Assembly: GCA_963663165.1 (NCBI GenBank)
Contig: OY760175.1
Location: forward strand, 256,001-320,000
Direction: 5' to 3'
Source: an uncultured Desulfospira sp.
GTDB taxonomy: Bacteria; Desulfobacterota; Desulfobacteria; Desulfobacterales; Desulfobacteraceae
Length of the DNA stretch: 64,000 nt
Shown here: positions 19,641 through 29,431 of the stretch, in pieces
How the letters are laid out: each line of letters begins with the position of its first letter
Position numbering within the stretch: position 1 is the stretch's first letter
Notes under the pieces: generated by a model
Told to the model about the DNA's origin: nothing
Database searches by the model: none
What the model saw: the letters and a program-made list of their open reading frames with translations, nothing else
Program-made: the position numbers and the translations under genes

Positions 19641-19900
19641 CCGGCAAGCCAGTAGTCCGGGTCCCATTCGGTCAGGTCGGTTTCGAATTTGGGGGTAGTG
19701 ATTTGATCGATGGTTTCCATGGGGCCTTTTGCTTCATACCGGCACAGCTCACAGTTAAAACTTGCCCAGTCCAGGATGGCCGCTTGGTAGAGACATTTAT
19801 CATAGAAATTACATGCCAGTGCCCGTTTGCCTTCCCCTTCCATGGGAAAACGGGACAACACACTAAAATAACGGGGTATAGCCTTTCCTGATCCCACCAC
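19637..19900 (-). CDS. Small 4-Cys putative metal-binding protein
   Basis: Strong AGGAAGGAGG RBS; CNFYDKC...FNCELC; lies downstream of a consensus sigma54 promoter. Confidence 0.65.
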   Translation of the reverse strand: MVGSGKAIPRYFSVLSRFPMEGEGKRALACNFYDKCLYQAAILDWASFNCELCRYEAKGPMETIDQITTPKFETDLTEWDPDYWLAG

Positions 19901-20080
19901 TGCCGCCTCCTTCCTATCAACTTCTTGTCAACGCCGCCATGTCCAGTGGACTTTCGCTTCGTCCATAATCCGGTTCCAGCGTCCATGCCAAAGCCGGTAA
20001 TACGGTTTTAAGTCCTGTGCAGTGAAAGAAAATTATCCGGATCTTAAGGTGCAGACACCGGTAATGATAGGAATTAAGTT

Positions 20081-20096
20081 TGCAATAATGGTGCCA
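20081..20096 (-). promoter_or_regulatory. Sigma54 (-24/-12) promoter
   Basis: Minus strand TGGCAC-CATTA-TTGCA, matching TGGCAC-N5-TTGC(A/T), with an AT-rich upstream region. Confidence 0.8.
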
Positions 20097-20441
20097 TGAT
20101 CGATAAAATTGATTTTTGTAATCAATTGGTAAGGTTAGAAAAAATATAGAAACGTCGTAAAACGTTGATTGTGAAAAAAAAGTAATATTATTGAGAAATA
20201 TAGTTCACAATATGGAAAGGGTTGGGTAAATTTTTACCCTCTTAGGGGCCGGACGGGTCGGCATGGAATTATTTTCAAATATCAGCCTGACAGGTCCGGG
20301 CGGCTTGTTGCATAACCGGCTGAGGATAGCGGACAAGGCGGGCTTTGTGTGGTGAACCCCATAAATGCCTGCCGGGTCCACTAAAGTCCACCTTGTCCAC
20401 AAAACGCTTTCGTGGTTTGTGTCCTTTGATTTAATTAATCA

Positions 20442-20942
20442 TCACCGGGGCGGATCAATCACTATGTATTGAAGTGTGGTCCCAGAATAGCAGGGCTGGT
20501 ACCAAGTCGAACCGCACTGGCGGTAACTGACGTTGTTGATGACCACCGTGGTGCAGGACGGGGGCATGGAGGCCGCTGCCACAATCGACCCCACAACCAG
20601 GCCGGTAATGGCGCCGGCGATGATGGAACCGCCGTCATGGTGGTGGCTGTCATGGTGATGGCTGTCATGGTGATGATTGTCATGGTGATGGTCATCATGG
20701 TGGTGGTCGTCATGGTGTCCATGGCCGCCGCCGGGGTTGTTCACATTCACGTTTATATTGGTGTTGGGGCCGCCGCCGGGACCGCCACCATGCCCGCCGC
20801 CATGGTTAACGGAAACATGGGCCGATCCCCGGACCGGGGGTTTGGCCTGGGCAGACCGGGGCAGGATAAAGCTGGTGCCTAAGGCGAGAAGCACAACCAG
20901 CGTCAGAACCGTGGTTTGACAGAATATAGATGTTGTTTTCAT
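20442..20942 (-). CDS. Secreted Gly/His-rich protein with C-terminal Cys-containing domain (DUF6515-like)
   Basis: GGAGGAG RBS before ATG 20942; signal peptide ending AQA; (HHHD-x)n tract; hydrophobic segment; C-x12-C..WYQP tail. Confidence 0.8.
   Translation of the reverse strand: MKTTSIFCQTTVLTLVVLLALGTSFILPRSAQAKPPVRGSAHVSVNHGGGHGGGPGGGPNTNINVNVNNPGGGHGHHDDHHHDDHHHDNHHHDSHHHDSHHHDGGSIIAGAITGLVVGSIVAAASMPPSCTTVVINNVSYRQCGSTWYQPCYSGTTLQYIVIDPPR
20634..20717 (-). repeat. 15-bp coding tandem repeat (five units plus a partial) encoding HHHD[D/N/S]
   Basis: GTCATGGTGRTGGCT-type units on the + strand. Confidence 0.9.
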
Positions 20943-20952
20943 GTTCTCCTCC

Positions 20953-21759
20953 TTAATTTTTCTTGGCAAGGGGTAAGAAATTAATGGGATGGGCACCCTT
21001 GGGAGGCGTGAACGTAAACAGGGCATCGTCCACATCCGGTTCCAAATCCCAATTGAGCCTTGCCGCATACTGGGGCTGGGAATCGTCAGAGGTGGTGGTG
21101 ATCACCACCTGGAGGGGCAGGGACCGCTCGCCTTTCTGAATCCACAGCTGCCAGTCAACCCCTTCCTGCCGGTATGCATAATGGGTACAGGCTTTACCGC
21201 CAAGCACGGCATTTCCGATGATCAGGGCCGACGTGACGGCGTCCTGGTCAGAGGCTTGGGTTCCCCAGAGGAACAGGTCCTGCAACGGCAGCTCAATCCC
21301 TTTTTCAACAAAGGTTTTTTCAGCCAGGTCCTTTAAAGTCCCCGGGGCTGAAACCGTGGCGTAAAAGTTGTGGGTTTCCCCGTACAGGGTAAAATTCTGC
21401 CCGTCAAAGTACATGGCAAAATTGCGTTCTTTTTCATCCACACTTACCTTGGAATAGAGCTTGTTGGGAACCTTGACCTTAAGGGCGCTTTGTCCGCTTA
21501 CCAGAATTTTCTGGCCAGAAACAAGGACTTCATCCAGGTAAAAGTTGGATGTGACCTCAAAGGCCGGCAAGGTTCTCAGATAACTGCTCATGGTGTAAAG
21601 GGCCTCAAGGGCTTCGGGTTCCAGGGTGTTTTCGGTTTGTGCGCTCTCCTGATCCTGCTGATCGGCGGCCATGGCAGCCGGGACGGCAAAACAAAAAGCC
21701 ATGACAAGGGCCAGTGCCCATGCGAGCCATAAAGCGCTTGACTGATGGTTTTTCATCAT
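20953..21759 (-). CDS. DUF2092 periplasmic protein (LolA-like fold inferred)
   Basis: Signal peptide; MSSYLRTL..F, FDGQNFTLY, ELPLQDL, VDWQLWI..G..LP, PQY...W, FTFTPPKGA. Confidence 0.85.
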   Translation of the reverse strand: MMKNHQSSALWLAWALALVMAFCFAVPAAMAADQQDQESAQTENTLEPEALEALYTMSSYLRTLPAFEVTSNFYLDEVLVSGQKILVSGQSALKVKVPNKLYSKVSVDEKERNFAMYFDGQNFTLYGETHNFYATVSAPGTLKDLAEKTFVEKGIELPLQDLFLWGTQASDQDAVTSALIIGNAVLGGKACTHYAYRQEGVDWQLWIQKGERSLPLQVVITTTSDDSQPQYAARLNWDLEPDVDDALFTFTPPKGAHPINFLPLAKKN

Positions 21760-21858
21760 AAATTTCTCCGTTAAATGTTTGGTGAATCAATATTCATCAA
21801 GTGCTTATCCCGGATGTTCCATCCAGGACAACCCGTGACGGCTTTATAATAATCAAGG

Positions 21859-24800
21859 TCATCCCTTTACCCGGTAAAAAATACCGTAAAATGCCGGGAC
21901 AAACAACAGGGTGATCCCTGTGGCAAAAATCAGCCCGATCATGATGGCCACGGCCATGGGCTGCCACATGACACCGCCCCCCAAATACAGGGGGATCAAC
22001 CCTAAGGTGGTGGTCAGGGTGGTGAGCATGATGGGCCTAAACCGCTGGCTGCACGCATCTTCAATGGCCCTGGCCGGGGGCTTGTTCAACTCGGTTTTTT
22101 CAATTTCAATCCGGTCGATGAGCACAATGGCGTTGTTGATTACAATACCGGCTAAGGAGATCACCCCGAGAAAGGCCATGAACCCAAAATAGGATCTAAA
22201 GACAATCAGCCCGATCACCACGCCGATAATCCCTAAAGGAATGGTGGACAGCACCATGACAGTTTTCCGGATTCCGTTAAACTGGAAAATCAGCAAAAAT
22301 ACAATAATGCAGCCGGAAAGGGGCAGGTACTGGATGACTGCGGACATGTTTTCCTGGGTGTTTTCAGCATCCCCGCCAAATTCATATCCATACCCTGAAG
22401 GCCAGTCCTTGGTTTTTTCATCCAGCCAGGTCTGCATCTGGCTTGTGATTTCAGAGGCCGTGGCCCCTTCCCTGAGTTCCGAGGTAATGGTGATGCTCCG
22501 GGACAGCCCGTAATGCATGATCTTGGCATAATCCCATTTGGGGACAATGGTGGCCACCTGGCTTAACGGAACGGCCTTGCCCGTGGACTGGACAAACACG
22601 TTGATGTTTTCCAGGTCCTGAAGGGTCTGGGTGGAGAACTGCCGGCTGCGCATGAGAATGGACAGGCTGTCCTGTCCTTCCCTGAAGGTTCCGGCCTTGT
22701 AACCGGAAAGCCCTGTCTGAAGGCTGATGGCAATGTCTTCATTGGTAACCCCGGCCTTTCTGGCCTTTATGGCATCAATGTCAATGATGAATTTTAAAAG
22801 CTTGGGCCCCCAGTCATCCATGACGTTTTTGGTCCCTGAAATCTGGTTTAACTGGTCTTTTGTCTGCCCGGCAAGCCGGTAAAGGACATCCTGGTCCCTT
22901 CCCAGAATCCTGATTTCAATCGGTGTGCCGCCGCCGCCCTGGCCTAAGGAGGATACTTTGATGTCGGCATTGGGAAAGGTGTTAAAGCAGAAGGTGTCCA
23001 GTTCTTCGATGATTTTGGGATTCACATCCCCGGAGCTGGTGTTGACAAGGATGTGGGCATAACTTGAGTTGGCCTCGTCGGGTGTATACCCGAGATCGTA
23101 GGATTCAGGGCCTTCTCCGATATATGAGGACCAGTCCGTGATCCCCTCGGGCTTATCCGGGCCGGTTTGCAGGGTGGCCATATGCTCCTCAAGGGATTTC
23201 ACAAGTTCCGCGGTCTGATCAATATGGGTGCCCAGGGCCAGGTTGATATCCACAGTAATCATGTTCCGGTCACTGTCCGGAAAAAAGATAAACGGGACCA
23301 GGCCGAATCCTTTCAGGGAAATAAAAAAAGCGGCAAACATTGAAATCACAAAGATAAGCTTGGCCTTCATCACCCATTTTAGAACAAACGCGTAAACCTT
23401 ATTGAGCTGGTCAAAGATGGAGAATTTGGAAGATCCCCCTTCTTTTTTCTTTATTTTGACAAAATAATAGGCCATCAACGGGATAATGGTCAGGCTCATG
23501 AGCCAGGAAGAGACCAGGGCAAAGGTAATCACCACAAAAAGCGGCCCCATGATGTCCCCCATGTTGGATTCTGCCAGAAAAAAGGCCAAAAATGCCGCTG
23601 AAGTGGTCAGGGTGGAGATCAGCAGGGGGACCATTAGTTCGTTGCAGGTTTCAAGGGCCGCATCCATCCGGTCCTTGCCGGCTTCGAGTTTGACGATAAA
23701 GGACTCGGATACCACAATGCCGTTGTCCACCATCATGCCTAAGGCCATGATCAAGGCGGCCAGGGTCACCTGGTTGAGCCCCATGTGAATGACCCCCATG
23801 AGCATCAGGGTCGTGATGGTGACCAAAGGGATGAGCCCGGCCACCACAAGGCCGGTGCGAAATCCTAAAAACACCAGCATGACGGCCATGACAATCACAA
23901 TGCTCTGGATCAGGTTGCCGATAAAATTGTCAATGGAATGCTGAACATAGCCGTCCAGGGAGGCCAGGCGGATGACCTCAAAGCCCAAGGGCAGCCGGTT
24001 GTTGTATTCTTTGATCCGTTCTTCCACCATGTTGCCCAGGGCAATGATATTGGCCTGGTCTTTAAGGGAAATGGCCAGGGAAATGGCCGGTTTCCCGTTG
24101 ACCCGGACCAGGCTGGTCGGCGGATCTTTATAGGTTTTTTTGATGGTGGTGATGGCCTCTAAAAAAACGGTTTCTCCCTTGTCGCCGATGGGGATAATGG
24201 TTTTTTTCAAGTCTTCGATGGTATCGTAGTTGCCCGTGGGTTCAAGGATGAGCCGTTTTTCCCCCAAATTGATCTCACCGCCCGAGTCCAGGATATTGGT
24301 TTCTTTAATGATCTGCCCCAACTTCTGGACGGTCAGGCCGTATTCGCTCAGCCGTGTGGTGTCAAATTCCACCACCACCTGCTGCTCCTGGACCCCGCCA
24401 AGCTCTACCTTGGCCGAGTCAGGCAGGGTGATCAGGTCATCCCTGATCCGTTTGGCCACATCTTCCATGTCGGCAAAAGAAAACTCATCTGAGATCAGCC
24501 CCAGGATAATCCCGTATACCACCCCGACATCATCATCGTTGAGCTTGGGAACTACCCCTGAGGGCAGGGTGGTGATGTCTTCTAATTTTCGCCTCAGTTC
24601 ATCCCATACCCCCTGAAGGTCTTGTTCGGTCACCTCATCCTTGAGTTCAACCGTGACGACGGAAAGGCCGGTTCTGGACTGGGAGGAAATGGTTTTGACT
24701 TCAGGAATTTCCTGGACCACCTCTTCAATGTTTTTGCTGACCAGAAGTTCCACCCGCTCGGGATTGGCCCCGGGAAAATAAGACACGATGGTGGCCACCC

Positions 24801-24927
24801 GCACCACATAAGGGGGCATGCTGTCCCGGGGCAGCCCCTTGTACAGGGCAATCCCTAAAAGGACCACAATGGCCAGCAGGCTCAGTGAAATTCGGTTTTT
24901 CTGTATGGCAAACGCTGTAAGGTTCAT
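21859..24927 (-). CDS. RND efflux permease (AcrB/AcrD/AcrF family)
   Basis: 1022 aa; FPGANPERVE, ALGMMVDNGIVVSE, GIVINNAIVLID, RFRPIMLTTLTT. Confidence 0.96.
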   Translation of the reverse strand: MNLTAFAIQKNRISLSLLAIVVLLGIALYKGLPRDSMPPYVVRVATIVSYFPGANPERVELLVSKNIEEVVQEIPEVKTISSQSRTGLSVVTVELKDEVTEQDLQGVWDELRRKLEDITTLPSGVVPKLNDDDVGVVYGIILGLISDEFSFADMEDVAKRIRDDLITLPDSAKVELGGVQEQQVVVEFDTTRLSEYGLTVQKLGQIIKETNILDSGGEINLGEKRLILEPTGNYDTIEDLKKTIIPIGDKGETVFLEAITTIKKTYKDPPTSLVRVNGKPAISLAISLKDQANIIALGNMVEERIKEYNNRLPLGFEVIRLASLDGYVQHSIDNFIGNLIQSIVIVMAVMLVFLGFRTGLVVAGLIPLVTITTLMLMGVIHMGLNQVTLAALIMALGMMVDNGIVVSESFIVKLEAGKDRMDAALETCNELMVPLLISTLTTSAAFLAFFLAESNMGDIMGPLFVVITFALVSSWLMSLTIIPLMAYYFVKIKKKEGGSSKFSIFDQLNKVYAFVLKWVMKAKLIFVISMFAAFFISLKGFGLVPFIFFPDSDRNMITVDINLALGTHIDQTAELVKSLEEHMATLQTGPDKPEGITDWSSYIGEGPESYDLGYTPDEANSSYAHILVNTSSGDVNPKIIEELDTFCFNTFPNADIKVSSLGQGGGGTPIEIRILGRDQDVLYRLAGQTKDQLNQISGTKNVMDDWGPKLLKFIIDIDAIKARKAGVTNEDIAISLQTGLSGYKAGTFREGQDSLSILMRSRQFSTQTLQDLENINVFVQSTGKAVPLSQVATIVPKWDYAKIMHYGLSRSITITSELREGATASEITSQMQTWLDEKTKDWPSGYGYEFGGDAENTQENMSAVIQYLPLSGCIIVFLLIFQFNGIRKTVMVLSTIPLGIIGVVIGLIVFRSYFGFMAFLGVISLAGIVINNAIVLIDRIEIEKTELNKPPARAIEDACSQRFRPIMLTTLTTTLGLIPLYLGGGVMWQPMAVAIMIGLIFATGITLLFVPAFYGIFYRVKG

Positions 24928-24977
24928 TAAAATTTTCCCAAGGGTTATGGGGTCAGTGTATTGGGGTTAGACTTCAG

Positions 24978-26132
24978 TTACCACTGGTTCACCGGGTCAT
25001 CGAGAAGCTTGACCATCATTTTGTCCGTGAGCAGCTGAAGGCCCGATGTGGCCACCATCTGCCCTGCCTGAAGCCCTTTTTTAACCAGAAATCCCTTTTC
25101 AGTGAGATCACCGATTTCGATATTCTGTTTTCGGATGGTGCCGGTATGGTCCTTGCCTTTGTCAACAATAAAGACAAAGTTGACGCCCTGGTCTTCGCCA
25201 ATGCCGTCGGACGGCACATAAAGCCCGGTTTGTTCGGCGGATTCCCCAAAATCAAAGGTAACCTGGGCGGCCATGCCCGGCCTTAACCGGGGGTCTTCGG
25301 ACCGGATATCCACGGTAACCGGATAGGTCGGGGCGTCGGTTGAGCCGTAGGAAACTTCGGTGACCTCGCCTTTAAATTCCACATCCTTTAAAGGGGAAAA
25401 AGTGACATTACAGGGCATGCCGGTTTTAATTTTTGCAATGTACAAATCCGATACATCCACGGCCACCTCAAGGTTCCCGATGCCGTTCAGGGTCAGTACC
25501 GGGCTGCCCGGAGAAATTTCCTCGTTTTCTTCTACGGGGATGCTGTTGACAATCCCGGTAAAGGGGGCGGTGAGCTTGGTATATTTGAGCTGGTTCTGGG
25601 CGGCCTGAAGTTTGGATTTTTCAGTGGTGATCCTTGACCGGGCCGCCTCAAGGCTGGCCTGTGCGGTTTCATAGTCCCCCCGGGCCTTTTCAAACTCACT
25701 TAAGGAGACATTATCATTCTCGTAAAGTTTCTGGACCCGGTCATAGTTGGAGCTTGTGGTATATACACCGGTCTGGGCGGATTTGGCATCGGCGCCGGCG
25801 GTTTTGACCCCGGCCCTGGAAGATTCCACCTCGATCTTGATATCGGTTTCGTCAAGTTCCGCTAACAGGGTGCCCGCATCAACCCGGTCGCCGACTTTGA
25901 CGGGAATTCGTTCAATGGTCCCGTTTACTTTAAAGCTTAAGACCGCCTCTTTTGTGGCTTTGGCCGTACCGCTGAATCTCTGGTTCATGGTCTGGGTCTG
26001 GGGAGACAGCACCACATACCTGACCGGGCGGGCAGGGGGCTCTTTTTCCTGTTCCGTTACCGTATCACTGTCCCTGCAGCCGGACAGCAGCAGCGTAATG
26101 CATGCGAAAATGGCTAAATAATTGGATTTCAT
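24978..26132 (-). CDS. RND periplasmic adaptor (membrane fusion lipoprotein)
   Basis: Lipobox LSGC, LSFKVNGTI..V.VGD, coiled coil, LTAPFTG, LRPGMAA. Confidence 0.95.
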   Translation of the reverse strand: MKSNYLAIFACITLLLSGCRDSDTVTEQEKEPPARPVRYVVLSPQTQTMNQRFSGTAKATKEAVLSFKVNGTIERIPVKVGDRVDAGTLLAELDETDIKIEVESSRAGVKTAGADAKSAQTGVYTTSSNYDRVQKLYENDNVSLSEFEKARGDYETAQASLEAARSRITTEKSKLQAAQNQLKYTKLTAPFTGIVNSIPVEENEEISPGSPVLTLNGIGNLEVAVDVSDLYIAKIKTGMPCNVTFSPLKDVEFKGEVTEVSYGSTDAPTYPVTVDIRSEDPRLRPGMAAQVTFDFGESAEQTGLYVPSDGIGEDQGVNFVFIVDKGKDHTGTIRKQNIEIGDLTEKGFLVKKGLQAGQMVATSGLQLLTDKMMVKLLDDPVNQW

Positions 26133-26141
26133 TGGCTTTTC

Positions 26142-28526
26142 CTATGAATCTCGTTTTGAGGTGGTTTCCATATATTCTTTTAACCGACGGAGAAAGGCCT
26201 GCTTCTCGTCGGGGGTGTCAAGGAAGTAAAAGCGGCCTGTGGCCCGTTCCATTTCCAGAAAATCAAGCACAAACTGGTATTTGGCCGAGGCCAGGGCCCG
26301 CTCGCTGTTGAGTTTGGTATTCTGGGCATCCACCAGTTCGGTGACGCTGTTGCGGCCTTCGGCGTATCCGGCCTGCATGATGTCAAAGCTTTTCAGGGCC
26401 GCCTCATACCGGGCATTGGCCAGGGCAATTTCCCGGGCCGATACGGCCGCAGTTTCAAGCTTTGACCGGATATCTAAGTGAAACTGGTTAACGGCATCTC
26501 TTTCCTGTAATTTGAGCTGGGACAATTCAAGCCGGCTCTGGGCCAGTTCCTTTTGGTTGGCCCCCCCGGTAAACAGGGGCCATGTCGCGGTCAGGGAAAC
26601 CGACCAGGGATGATCCAGGTCTGAACTGGTGTTCTGCCGGACCTCATATTCATCCAGGATTTTTTCTATATTGGCCTCAAGACCGACACTGGGCAGGTAC
26701 AAGGCCCGTTTTTTATTGAGTACCAGCCGTTCCTGGGCCTTAATGTTTTCCTGAATCTGTTTGAGTTCAGGCAGATACCGGTCCGCTTCAGTGACCAGAA
26801 AATTACTGAATTTACGAACCTGTTTTAAATTGTTGAGAAACCGGTATACCGAAGGATCTGTAATCATCAGTTCAATGCCCTTGTCCGGCCCCACATCCGC
26901 TAAGGAGAAATCCCGCAGGATAGGCCGGTCCAGAATCTGGTTGAGCTGCATCCGGGCGGTTTGAAAATCCCGGAACGCATCATTGAGGCTGATCTGATTG
27001 GCGGCCTTTTCACTTTCCCACCGGCTCACCTCGGCCAGGTTGACCGTTCCCACAGCCGCTTTATTTCGGGCGATCTCCAGGTTTTTACGGGTCACACTCA
27101 GGTTGTCATTATGAATGTTCTGGGTACTCATGGCCAGCAGCAGGTTGATATACGCCCGGGAGGCCGTCAGCACCGTATCCAGAAGGGCTGCTTTTTCACT
27201 GTACTGCCGGGCCCCGGTCAATATTTTCTGGACGGCCAGGTTGGCTAGAAGATCGTCTGAAAAAACGGCCTGTTGCAAACCGGCACCCGCCGAAAAAGTG
27301 GTCTGGGCATTATACGTCTGGGCGATGTTGACCCGGTTTTTATCGATCCGTGTCAGGCCTGCCGAAACGCTGACCTGGGGAAACAGGGCGGCCCGGGCGA
27401 TCTGGGCCTGGGTTTCCTGTATCTGGGTGTCTGCCTGTGAGGAAAGGTAGGCCAGGTTTCGTTCAAGGGCCTCTAAAATCACCCCTTTAAGCTTGAGCCC
27501 GGGGCCCCCCTGGTGAAGTTTTTCAAGGTTGATGAGCCGGGCCTTGGCTGCCGTCTCAAAAGACGGGTAATAATCAATTTTTTTCATGGTATCCACATTG
27601 AGGACAAAGTTGTTCGAGTAACTGGATATGGATACGGGCAGGGTCCCGGCATCAGCGCCTTCAAGGATGTCCAGGACATTAATGGCCACCCGGCGGGCCA
27701 TGGTGTTGATGTTCCGGTCCGGGGCAATGGACGAAAGCGCCCCGAGCCTTACATGGGATTCGCCGAGCAGGGCAAAGGAGGGCAGCCGGCGCCGGTTGAC
27801 TTCTTTGATGATGGCGGCCATCTGCTCATCCCCGTTTTCTGTGAACACCGGCACCAGATAAACGGCATCAGATTCCAGGGGGACCTGGGGGAGGCCAGTG
27901 TCAATATGCGCCGGGTCAATGGTTACCAGAGAAAAGGTTGAATCCGGGGCAATGGTTTTTAAAATGGTGGTGAAATATGTTTCAAGGGCCTTTAGGACCC
28001 CCCGGTCATCCTTTGGCAGCACCACACTCAGATGCCGGTAGTCAACCAGGGATTTAAAGGTTGTCAGGTCCTGCGCCACATCAAAGTGGGATTCAATATA
28101 ATTTAAATTGTGTACGCCGGAACCGCCTTCTGAAGAGCGGGGGGCTCCCTGAAGCCTGGCATCCATAACGCCCACGGCAATAACCGGCCGGGGATACTGA
28201 TTAAGGCGGATCAGCCGGTCACTGAGCTCTACCCCAAGCCCGATAAAACAGTCCCCCCCCTTATGGGTAAGCAGGCGGCCAATGGATTCAATGCTTTGTT
28301 CCCGGGGATTCACGGGAACCATCTGGTTCTGGTACCTGATGTCGGCCCGGCTTTTCATGAGGGTATTGATTTCCTCTTTAATCTGCTGGGCAAAAAGTCC
28401 AAGCCCGGTTTCTTCATTGGCCCCGTTGATAAATGTGATGGTGTAAACCGGCCTGGCGTGTCCTATATTCCCCGCCAAGACCAGCAGGCAGCCCACAAGA
28501 GCCGGTATCAGTTGCTTGATTTTCAT
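26142..28526 (-). CDS. TolC-family outer-membrane factor fused to an N-terminal substrate-binding-like domain
   Basis: C-terminal about 450 aa has OEP features (ALFPQVS, AYINLL, YLPSV, WPLFTGG, YAEG..SVTELVDAQ). N-terminal about 330 aa resembles an ABC substrate-binding domain (DAVYL.P, LPSF, GAL, G...GTLPV, VLN..T...I). Confidence 0.85.
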   Translation of the reverse strand: MKIKQLIPALVGCLLVLAGNIGHARPVYTITFINGANEETGLGLFAQQIKEEINTLMKSRADIRYQNQMVPVNPREQSIESIGRLLTHKGGDCFIGLGVELSDRLIRLNQYPRPVIAVGVMDARLQGAPRSSEGGSGVHNLNYIESHFDVAQDLTTFKSLVDYRHLSVVLPKDDRGVLKALETYFTTILKTIAPDSTFSLVTIDPAHIDTGLPQVPLESDAVYLVPVFTENGDEQMAAIIKEVNRRRLPSFALLGESHVRLGALSSIAPDRNINTMARRVAINVLDILEGADAGTLPVSISSYSNNFVLNVDTMKKIDYYPSFETAAKARLINLEKLHQGGPGLKLKGVILEALERNLAYLSSQADTQIQETQAQIARAALFPQVSVSAGLTRIDKNRVNIAQTYNAQTTFSAGAGLQQAVFSDDLLANLAVQKILTGARQYSEKAALLDTVLTASRAYINLLLAMSTQNIHNDNLSVTRKNLEIARNKAAVGTVNLAEVSRWESEKAANQISLNDAFRDFQTARMQLNQILDRPILRDFSLADVGPDKGIELMITDPSVYRFLNNLKQVRKFSNFLVTEADRYLPELKQIQENIKAQERLVLNKKRALYLPSVGLEANIEKILDEYEVRQNTSSDLDHPWSVSLTATWPLFTGGANQKELAQSRLELSQLKLQERDAVNQFHLDIRSKLETAAVSAREIALANARYEAALKSFDIMQAGYAEGRNSVTELVDAQNTKLNSERALASAKYQFVLDFLEMERATGRFYFLDTPDEKQAFLRRLKEYMETTSKRDS

Positions 28527-28797
28527 TTAAGGGTTTACCCTTTCCCCCTTGACGCCTTTGCCGGGGTGCGTTAAAAAAACAGTGGTCTATTCCTTATTGT
28601 ATATGCGGAATGGGTTTTGGTTTCCTTATTATGACTGTCCGGGGTATATTTATAATATAAGTCAGCCGGCCAGGTCAAACACAAATGACGCTATACCGGC
28701 AATGGTTTTTACTCAAGGAAATCAACAGACAGATAGCCGTATCTTGCCCCGCTCTTTCAAGATAAGGAGTAAAATTTGAGTGTTTTCCCTGGTGCAT

Positions 28798-28900
28798 TTA
28801 TATGAAAGTCTCACTAACGTCCTGAGAAGACTTTCAATATTTGTTGTGGACGGTGCTTGGTTGGATAATCCAAGCCGTCCGTGACGGTTATATGGAAAGC
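28798..28900 (+). repeat. 90-bp double-hairpin repeat (full unit plus start of a second)
   Basis: TTATATGAAAGTCTCA...GACTTTC...TTGGTTGGATAATCCAA...GTGACGG, then TTATATGGAAAG again 90 bp after the first start. Confidence 0.88.
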
Positions 28901-29431
28901 CTTTTTGGGGCGCACCCTTGGGGACGGTGGGCATTAGACCGGAACAGCCGGTTTAAAATGTGTTTTTTAATCTTTTTTTCGTACATTAGAAAAAAATCGG
29001 CCGCCCAAGCAAAAAACTTTAAGAGGGTAGTAAAATGCGGTTGTCGTTGTTCGTAATATTCTGAAATATATGAATAATATTGTATTTAGAGCGGGGCTTA
29101 TTTCCCCTCGTTATCCAGAAATAAGACAGGGGGCAGACGGAAAGATTGACAAATTTGCAAAAAAAAACCTTGAATTGTAATGAATAATCAGATAGTTAAG
29201 ATACAAAACAATCAACTATGTGTTTTAATGGGTTTTTGGGTTCTAAGTAGTCAAAAAAATATCGTGTTCCCGTCTATATCGGTCTACATACAGTATCGGC
29301 AGGGTGAGGTGCATTCCCCATTGGAGATGCTTTGAGAATTTCCTGCCATGGGGGACCACATTAACTGGGGGTTTAAAGTTACTGCACACACGCCTTGTGC
29401 AGGTATGGGATAATGTAAGGAGATTATACTG

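Noticed and set aside
19672..19986. 104-aa minus-strand ORF overlapping the 4-Cys protein
   Set aside because: No RBS; the alternative frame 19637-19900 has a strong RBS and a coherent Cys motif.
20376..20403. Three GTCCAC-containing 9-10-bp repeats
   Set aside because: Too short and irregular to support as a feature.
20943..21068. N-terminal extension of the His-rich ORF given by the ORF track
   Set aside because: Overlaps the DUF2092 gene; the true start is ATG 20942 with a GGAGGAG RBS and a signal peptide.
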